In this document: piece by piece, positions 55,950 to 64,000 of the stretch | Layout: every line of letters starts with the position of its first letter | Position numbering within the stretch: the first letter of the stretch is position 1 | Assembly (NCBI GenBank): GCA_951406725.2 | Contig: OX597833.1 | Span: forward strand, 48,422,001-48,486,000 | From: Octopus vulgaris | Taxonomy: Eukaryota | DNA: 64,000 bases | Direction of reading: 5' to 3' | Notes under the pieces: generated by a model | Told to the model about the DNA's origin: nothing | Database searches by the model: none | The model's input: only the letters and a program-made list of their open reading frames with translations | Made by a program: the position numbers and the translations under genes

Positions 55950-56415
55950 AACATTCAATGGAAATTGTAGCTGAGATACCAGTGCCAGTAGCACGTAAGA
56001 GAACCGTCCGAACGTGGCCGTTGCCAGCGCCGCCCCAACTGATCTCCGTGCCGGTGGCACGAAAAAGCACCATCCGATTGTGGCTGTTGCCCGCCTCGTC
56101 TGGCCCCCGTGCCGGTGGCACATAAAAAGCACCATCCGATCGTGGCCATTTGCCAGCCTTATCTGGCACCTGTGCAGGTGGCACATAAAAAGCACCATCT
56201 GATCGTGGCCGTTTGCCAGCCTTGTCTGGCACCTGTGCAGGTGGCACATAAAAAGCACCCACTACACTCTCGGAGTGGTTAGCATTAGGAAGGGCATCCA
56301 GCTGTAGAAACACTGCCAGATCAGACTGGAGTGTGGTGCAGCCTCCTGGCTTCCCAGACCCCAGTTGAACCGTCCAACCCATGCTAGCATGGAAAACGGA
56401 CGTTAAATGATGATG
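55950..56415 (+). mobile_element. Retroposon family C with internal tandem units
   Basis: Repeated GGTGGCAC(G/A)TAAAAAGCACC units and a (GAT)n tail. Confidence 0.8.
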
Positions 56416-56492
56416 ATTGAAGAGAGCTGAGACTTAATCCTAAGAATGTGCATATTTTTCTTCCAATAACTATCAACTTTCCTTATTTACAG

Positions 56493-56810
56493 CTTATGCT
56501 AAAGGAGAACAACAACATCCGAAGCAAATTTCCAAGTGTTCTTGAACCTTTAATGCAAGCACATTTAGCAAGAGTTGACAAGGCTATAGAACCAGGATTG
56601 ACAACACTCACATGGACAGCCATCGGTATAAACGAATACTTAGAAAACGTTGAGCATGCTTTGAAGTTGTTTACGTTGCTTTTGGACAGAGTAACTGATA
56701 TCTGTGAGTTTAGAATCGAAGCTAATTTACTTGATATAAGTCAGGTTAAGCTTTGTGAACTGCCAGAAGTTGAACCATGGTCTGTGAAATATTTCATGGA
56801 AAAAACACAG
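56493..56810 (+). CDS. DNAH5: DNAH5-like exon N, phase 0/0
   Basis: ttacag|CTT...CAG|gtatgt. Encodes LMLKEN...HLARVDKAIEPGLTTLTWT...LLLDRVTDICEFRI...LCELPE..KTQ. Confidence 0.95.
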
Positions 56811-56899
56811 GTATGTTTTGGTTTTCCTTCCATTTGTCCCTTTTCCTTTCATGTAGCACACATGCAGGCATGCACACAAATACACACGTACACAAACAC

Positions 56900-57295
56900 A
56901 CACACACACATAATGGGCTTCTTTGCAAGTTTCCTTCTACCAAATTTACTCACAAGGCATTGGTCAGCCCTGGGCTATAGTAGAAGACACTTGCCCAAGG
57001 AGCCATGCAGTAGGACTGAACCTGAAACCACACGATCACAAAGCAAGCTTCTTAATCACACACTCATATCTGCGCCTGTATATTTATTCTTTTACTTGTT
57101 TCAGTCATTTGACTGTGGCCATGCTGGAGCACCTCCTTTAATCGAGCAAATCGACCCCAGGACTTATTCTTTGTAAGCCTAGTACTTATTCTATCGGTCT
57201 CTTTTGCTGAACCACTAAGTTACAGGGAACATAAACACACCAGCATCTGTTGTCAAGCAATGTTGTGAGGGACAGACAAACAAATATATACACAC

Positions 57296-57352
<57 letters not shown>

Positions 57353-57520
57353 ATGATGGGCTTCTTTCAGTTTTCCGTCTACCAAATCCACTCACAAGGC
57401 TTTGGTCGGCCCGAGGCTATAGTAGAAAACACTTGCCCAAGGTGCCATGCAGTGGGACTGAACCCGGAACCATGTGGTTGGTAAGCAAGCTACTTACCAC
57501 ACAGCCACTCCTACACCTAC
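56900..57520 (-). mobile_element. Two SINE family A copies (one partial, one full) filling intron N-O
   Basis: Sequence identity to family A. Confidence 0.8.
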
Positions 57521-57584
57521 TTTTTAAAGAAAATATTACTTTACACAATGATGTAGCATTTTATTCTTTATCTTTTAATTGCAG

Positions 57585-57720
57585 TTTTTATGTGCACAAG
57601 GGGCCCAAAGTTTGAGCCACAAAAGCCAGAACCTTGAAAATGCTGTCAATGAGTTGATCACCGTTTTATGTGATAAACCCCAGGAGGATGAATATGGGGA
57701 AGAAAGCACCAACACTGAAA
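57585..57720 (+). CDS. DNAH5: DNAH5-like exon O, phase 0/1
   Basis: ttgcag|TTT...GAAA|gtatga. Encodes FLCAQGAQSLSHKSQNLENAVNELITVLCDKPQEDEYGEESTNTE. Confidence 0.9.
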
Positions 57721-58039
57721 GTATGACACTGCTATCCCTACTGATTCATATGAATATTGAATAAGTCGCAATCAACTTTAACGAGTTTAGATGTAGTTTC
57801 ATTTGATTACTTAGACTTAGGTTGGTCATGAATCCCAAAACTCATAAAGCCGAAGTTTGTCCTGGTTTCTATGGTGTATAAGTGACAGAGATTATAAGCG
57901 CTTCTAAATAGGACACCTGTCCATTGTAAGGTTAACTTCCCTAATATTGGTTTCAAATTTTGGTACAAGGCCATCAATTTCAGGGAGAGGATAAGCTGAT
58001 TAGATCAACTCCAGTGTTTATATATATATATATATATAT

Positions 58040-58465
58040 ATAATGAAGTTATTGTATACAGTGCTCAGGTGCACCACAACTTGTCAAAAAGTGCGTATAA
58101 AGCATATGCAGTAATGTACAAATGTCTGGAAAGCAAACAGTGTATGAGTCAGATACATACTTGCATGTGTATGGAGGGGAGAAAATCAGGTGTAGTGTTG
58201 GCGAATCTCAGGAAGCATGGAAGTTTTGAAGGATGCAGTGCTCCAACAACTAACAACTGATGCCAGCAGTCTGTTCCATGATTCAGCAACTCTTAGCATG
58301 AAAAAATGTTCCCGAAAGTCATGGGAGCTGTGTTGTTTTCTGACTTTGTAAACATGTCCACGGGTGTTAGACAGGTGGAGTTTGAAAAGGTGCTCAGAGT
58401 TATTGTGAGTAAGATGGTTAATAATTTTATGGGTGTCTGCCAAGTCAGCTGCCAGATGTCGGAGT
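58040..58465 (-). mobile_element. CR1/L2-group LINE 3' fragment (same family)
   Basis: ADTHKIINHL..TRGHVYKVRKQ..RVAESWNRL. Confidence 0.85.
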
Positions 58466-59737
58466 GCTTATTCAGTTGACCCTGAAGAGATGAAAGGCAC
58501 AGTCGATCTCATTGAAATTTGAACTTAGAATGTAAAAGTGGATGAAATGCCGCTAAGCATTTTGCCCAGTGTGCTAACGATTCTACCATCTTGCGGCCTT
58601 ACTTTCTCAGGTATGACTGAATGCAGTTACAGCTGAGTGAGCTGGAGCAACATGAAATGAAGTGTTTTGTTCAAGAACACAATGTACTGCACAGTCCAGG
58701 AATTGAAATCACAATCTTACAATCACAAATGCAGCACCCTACTAGGCCACACATCTTTTATTTGATTATGGTAATTTTATTCTTGTGTGGCGCTGTTTAG
58801 GTAGAGCTTTAAAAATGATATGATGGCATTTTTATTCATTTATAAATTCAATTTGATCAGTTAGCACTCAAGGTGGAGGCACATGGCCTAGTGGTTAGAG
58901 CAGCAGACTCGCGGTCGCGGGATCGCGGGTTCGAATCTCAGACTGGGCAATGTGTGTGTTTATGAGCGAAACACCTAAACTCCATGCAGCTTCAGCAGAA
59001 AGGTAATGGCGAACTTCTGCTGACTCCTTTCGCCACAACTTTCTCTCACTCTTTCCTCCTGCATCTTGCAGCTCACCTGCGATGGACCGGCGTCCCATCC
59101 AGGTGGGGTACCTATACGCCAAGGAAACTGGGAAACCAACCCTTATGAGCCAGGCATGGCTCAAGAAGGAGCAAGCTAGCACTCAGTCATGAATCTGTTC
59201 TTCTTGGATGAACAGAAAGTCTCTTGTAGTAGTCAAGTGATTAAAACTTATTAAAAAAAAAAAAGATCTGTGGTATTTGAAGGATCATCCTGTTGAGGAG
59301 GCTGTGCTGCTTGTTCTGGTAGAGCCATTGTCTATAAGTTCTAAATATGCTTCTGCCTAATATAGTGTGATTCATTCAATCTAAACAACTTTTTTAATTA
59401 CGTTTATATATTTGTTTTGCAAGATTTTTGATGTGAAATCGTGTGTTGAAACAGATATTGTTGTATTTAGGAATGGTCATTTTGCCAGTTTAACCAATAA
59501 GAACACACGCACTATATATTTGGTGTTACTTTAAAAAATAAATAAGATTAAGATTAATGTAAAAAATAAACACTGAAGCAAAGTAACACCAAATATATAG
59601 TGTGTGTGTTTTTATTGGCTAAACTGGCAAAATGACCATTCCTAAATACAACAATAACGTTTTTAATATGTCAAATATAATATATTTTATCATATATATT
59701 CTTAATATATTTAAAATATCCTGGGTTTCCATTGTAG

Positions 59738-60010
59738 CAGATGCAGATTCTCCTTCCCCAATGATCCCAAACAATTTGCAAGTATTCCAAAGAAGCAGTT
59801 CCCAAAGGAAGAAAGCATTGCAGTTACCGTCATCAGAGACTGAAGTTAATGCCAAACAGAAACAAACATGTCAAAATCTGGAAGAAATCCAAGAATTAAA
59901 AAGCCATTATAATCACCGCAATATAGATGCTTTGGTCAAGGTGACTCGGAACACCCTAGAGGCCATTAGGAAGAGAATCACATCAAGCAATTCAATTATG
60001 CATTATATTG
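59738..60010 (+). CDS. DNAH5: DNAH5-like exon P, phase 1/1 (acceptor ambiguous: 59738, 59741 or 59747)
   Basis: Encodes ...[29 protein letters not shown], nearly identical to the DNAH5 motif; donor ATTG|gtaagt. Confidence 0.88.
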
Positions 60011-60124
60011 GTAAGTGCAGACTTAGCATTGAAATGGTCAACTCTTCACATGAAGATCCCATCATTCTTTAGTGTAAAATCCTGAACTTTGGTTTCTGAC
60101 GATAATACATTTTTGTCATTTACT

Positions 60125-60537
60125 CTTTTACTCTTTTACTTGTTTCAGTCATTTGACTGCGGCCATGCTGGAGCACCGCCTTTTTTTTTTTTTTTTAGTT
60201 GAGCAAATCGACCCCAGGACTTATTCTTTGTAAGCCTAGTACTTATTCTATCGGTCTCTTTTGCCGAACCACTAATTAACAGGGACGTAAACATACCACC
60301 ATCAGTTGTCAAGCGTTGTTGGGGGGACAAACACAGACACAAACACACACACACACATACATACATATATATATATATACGACGGGCTTCTTTCAGTTTC
60401 CATCTACCAAATCCACTCACAAGGCTTTTGTCGGCCCGAGGCTATAGTAGAAGACACTTTCCCAAGGTGCCATGCAGTGGGACTGAATCCGGAACCATGT
60501 GGTTGGTAAGCAAGCTACTTACCACACAGCCACTCCT
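60125..60537 (-). mobile_element. SINE family A
   Basis: Full copy. Confidence 0.85.
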
Positions 60538-60805
60538 GTTTGTTTAGTTATTTGTTTTGTACATTTTCTCTTTCCTTTGATCCTCATCTTTTTAATTTCA
60601 TTCTGTCATTATTCAATTTTTCCATTATCATATCCTCATTCAACCGACCCATATTTTTGTTCAGTTTCTTATTTTGTCAATCTATTGAATTTTGTTTAGC
60701 GTGTCAGATGGAATACTTTGTGGTGTTTATTCCACATCTCTGCAGACTAAATGCACAAAAATTGCCAGGGTCAACTTTGCCTTTCATTCTTTCAAGGTCA
60801 ATAAA

Positions 60806-61197
60806 TCTCTCTATATATAAAGCTGAAGTTGTCTGTGTATGGCAGGTTTGGTAGCCTTCAACTAACACTATCTCCTCCGAGACCCTGCAGTGCAAGTTGA
60901 CCAAAATCGAGAGTATGATAGAAGAAGACTTGCTCTTCCTTCCATAGAAGAAAAAATTCAAATCAGACCATGTTAACACCAAAAATTATTTACATCAAAA
61001 AGGTGCTTTTTTTCTATGAAAATCTCTATTTTTTACGATTTTTTAACTGCTGTGTCGCCATTTTTCAGTGTATTTCAACCAGAAAAATGTTCACTTAAAG
61101 AGAATAACAAGCTACATAATGCAAAATTTTTACTTTTCAAAAATTCCCATTCTAAAGGGTTGAAACAAACCCGAGCAATACCGGGCGATACTGCTAA
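60806..61197 (+). mobile_element. Non-autonomous Helitron-like element
   Basis: Same termini (ends CTAA) with a different interior. Confidence 0.65.
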
Positions 61198-61909
61198 TGT
61201 TATAATATAAATCCAGTACTGAGATCGATTCTTCTTTTCTCTCTGGGAAATACCAGTTGTGTTCAGACCTGGAGAGAGGTGAGGTTTTTGTAGGTCTTAA
61301 AATTCCCAATCCATCCTGTATGAACCAACTTCACGGCAGGAGGGGCAGATGAGGGCAGCTGCATCGAACTCTCTCATGCACCAAATAGCAGCTGCTAGAA
61401 AGCCTTCATGAAGTGAAACCAAGTAGCAACACCAAATGGCGGTGCCCCAGCATGGCCACAGCTCATAAGCTGAAACTGGAAAAATCAAAATCAAATCAAA
61501 TCAATGGGAATTCCCCTTTGGAGGGATATTTACCATCATAGTCACCATCCTACAATCTCTTCTCCAAAGACATGACTTATACAAGATATGGCTACTACAG
61601 TCTTACACTCCTTACCTCTATCCTCTGATTGGGCTTGTTTTTAGCTTTAATTCTATTTCACATCGCTATATTCGATTTTGTTATTTCCTTTGATCAACTT
61701 CCTTGAACACTGACCTTTCTCATTACTTAATTAAATAGCTCTTATTTGAAAATAGCCAGATGTCTTTCACTACTGACTGAATGACCTACTTAACAATCCT
61801 ATCTTCTCTTTCCTTTGCTTTCTTTTCCCCCCACCTTTCTTTGGTCTCTCTACTATCCTCTTTGTCGCTCACTCCTTTCTCTGCACTTCCATTTGTCTTG
61901 AGGGGATCT

Positions 61910-62302
61910 TTACTCTTTTACTTGTTTCAGTCATTTGACTGTGGCCATGCTGGAGCACCGCCTTTAGTCGAGCAAATCAACCCCAGGACTTATTTATTTG
62001 TAAGCCTAGTACTTATTTTATCGGCCTCTTTTGCCGAACCGCTAAGTTACAGGGACATAAACACACCAGCATCGGTTGTCAAACGATGTTGGGAGGACAA
62101 ACGCAGACGCACAAACACACACATACATATATATATATATACATATATACGATGGGCTTCTTTCAGTTTCCGTCTACCAAATCCACTCACAAGGTTTTGG
62201 TCAGCCCGAAGCTATAGTAGAAGACACTTGCCCAAGGTGCCACGCAGTGGGACTGAACCCAGGACCATGTGGTTGGTAAGCAAGCTACTTACCACACAGC
62301 CA
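61910..62302 (-). mobile_element. SINE family A
   Basis: Near-full copy; a decayed copy lies at about 62820-63130. Confidence 0.8.
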
Positions 62303-63243
62303 AAGCTTGAAGAAAAGAAAAGTATCCTCTTCTTTTCATGTTTTCTTGCCCGTCCCTTTTTTTACCTATGTACCTCTCACTATACCCTTCAGTTATTTCT
62401 CTTTGTCTGACTCTCTGTCTCTGTCTGTCTGTCTCTCCCTTTCTGTCTCTTCAACTTACCAATGCTGTTATTTTTATGAACACTACTTCTCTTGATACAT
62501 TTGCTGTTAGTCTTTTGTGCAAAATATCATGAATTTGCCACATGAAAATACTCAGCAATCGAAATTCATGCTAGTTGACACTACCTCAACTTGTACGTTT
62601 TTTAATTATTTTGCTTCAGTTTTACCCTAGTCTACACAATATGCATTATCATATCAACCATTCATAGATCTTCTGAAACAGCTGTAAAGACAAGACTTGC
62701 TTACATCATGCAATTTATACTTACAATTCTTTATATCCATTGTCCTTTTTGACATACATTCAATTTTAGTCATCCTTCTAGCCAAATTTTCTATTTGCAA
62801 CTATCTCACCTTGATGAAGCAAATTGACCCAAGTACTTAGTTTAACTCTGGTTCTTATTCTATTGAGTCTCTTTTGCTGAACTGCTAACTTACCTAACCT
62901 TCAAGGATGTAAACAAACCAACACTGGTTGTGAAGCAGTGGGGGTGCAAACAAAAAGACAATATATATATATTTATATATATATCAATACATATGACTGG
63001 CTTCCACACAGTTTCAATCCACCAAATTCACTCTGAAGAAGTTATAATGGAAAACACTTGCCCAAGATTTTGTGCAATGGGACTGAACCTGAGACAAGGT
63101 GTTTGCAGAGCAAGTTTCTTAACTACACAACAATGTAAAAAATATTCCTAGCAAACTATATAAGTAGCAAGTTAACTCTTTATTTTACTTAGTATTTCTT
63201 TTCTATAATTTTTCTTTCTCCTTTGAAATGATATTCCTTATAT

Positions 63244-63655
63244 AAAGGCGGCGAGCTGGCAGAAACGTTAGCACGCCGGGCGAAATGCGTAGCCGTATTT
63301 CGTCTGCCGTTACGTTCTGAGTTCAAATTCCACCGAGGTCGACTTTGCCTTTCATCCTTTCGTGGTCATCAATTATATCGACTCAAAATAAATACAGTAA
63401 TGAAAGGGTTAAGGGAATGGATTTTATCAACAACTAGGGTAGAGTTAGGAAGAATAGATCAAGATATATAATTTGGTTCAACCCATCATGTAATCATGAA
63501 GTGCCTAATTAACGGTATAGTATAGAAGATGAAAGATATGGACACAGATGCGAAAAACCAAAGAAAAAAGGGGTCGATATAATTGATGTAATCCATTTGT
63601 CTGTCCTTGTTTGTCCTCTCTGTGTTTAGCCCCTTGTGGATAGTAAAGAAATAGG
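63244..63655 (+). mobile_element. SINE family B interrupted by an insert of about 200 bp
   Basis: TSD TATTCCTTATAT (63232-63243 and 63656-63667). Confidence 0.8.
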
Positions 63656-64000
63656 TATTCCTTATATCTTCATTTAATTATTTTCATTCTTTAAGCAGCT
63701 CCTCTGTGTTGATAAAGAGCAATAACCCAGAAACTAGTATGCAGATGTTGTTTTGCACTTGATGGGAGTGCTGAGCTCCCTGTTCGAAAATATAAGGACA
63801 TAGATAGCGTGTCATGTAGCCAGCTAGAAACGATGTTTCTTGGGGCTAAAACAACGGTAACATTGTCCTTTTCAGGACAGCCTCATTATTTTGGCAAATA
63901 GTATTTCTTTTAATTTCTCTTAATCATCATCATCATCATCATCATCGTTTAATGTCTGGTTTCTATGCTGGCATGAGTTGGACGGTTTGATTGAGGACTG

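Noticed and set aside
63690-63760. Next dynein exon after TTAAGCAG
   Set aside because: The phase-1 frame stops at once (GCT CCT CTG TGT TGA), and the expected LAIPNIVM-like motif is absent.

Overview
Eukaryotic, AT-rich, microsatellite- and SINE-dense DNA; the repeat landscape suggests an octopus/coleoid cephalopod (inferred, not verified). The window holds 16 phase-compatible GT-AG exons on the + strand (8797-60010, about 981 codons). They encode the N-terminal tail of an axonemal outer-arm dynein heavy chain of the DNAH5 type. The first exon was not identified and the motor domain lies beyond the window. The introns contain four SINE families, fragments of CR1-, RTE-, R4/Dong- and gypsy-like retroelements, a deleted mariner, TTAA MITEs, non-autonomous Helitrons and very long microsatellites. 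Almost all ORFs in the supplied track are microsatellite or SINE artefacts. The most notable signal is a set of short, AT-rich, TA-repeat-associated, often fold-back inserts carrying minimal type-I hammerhead ribozyme motifs of the Penelope-like-element kind. Three of these have the compensatory U3-A8 core (UUGANAA), and two homologous copies show stem covariation. Repeat boundaries are approximate; family assignments are from memory of motifs, with no searches run.
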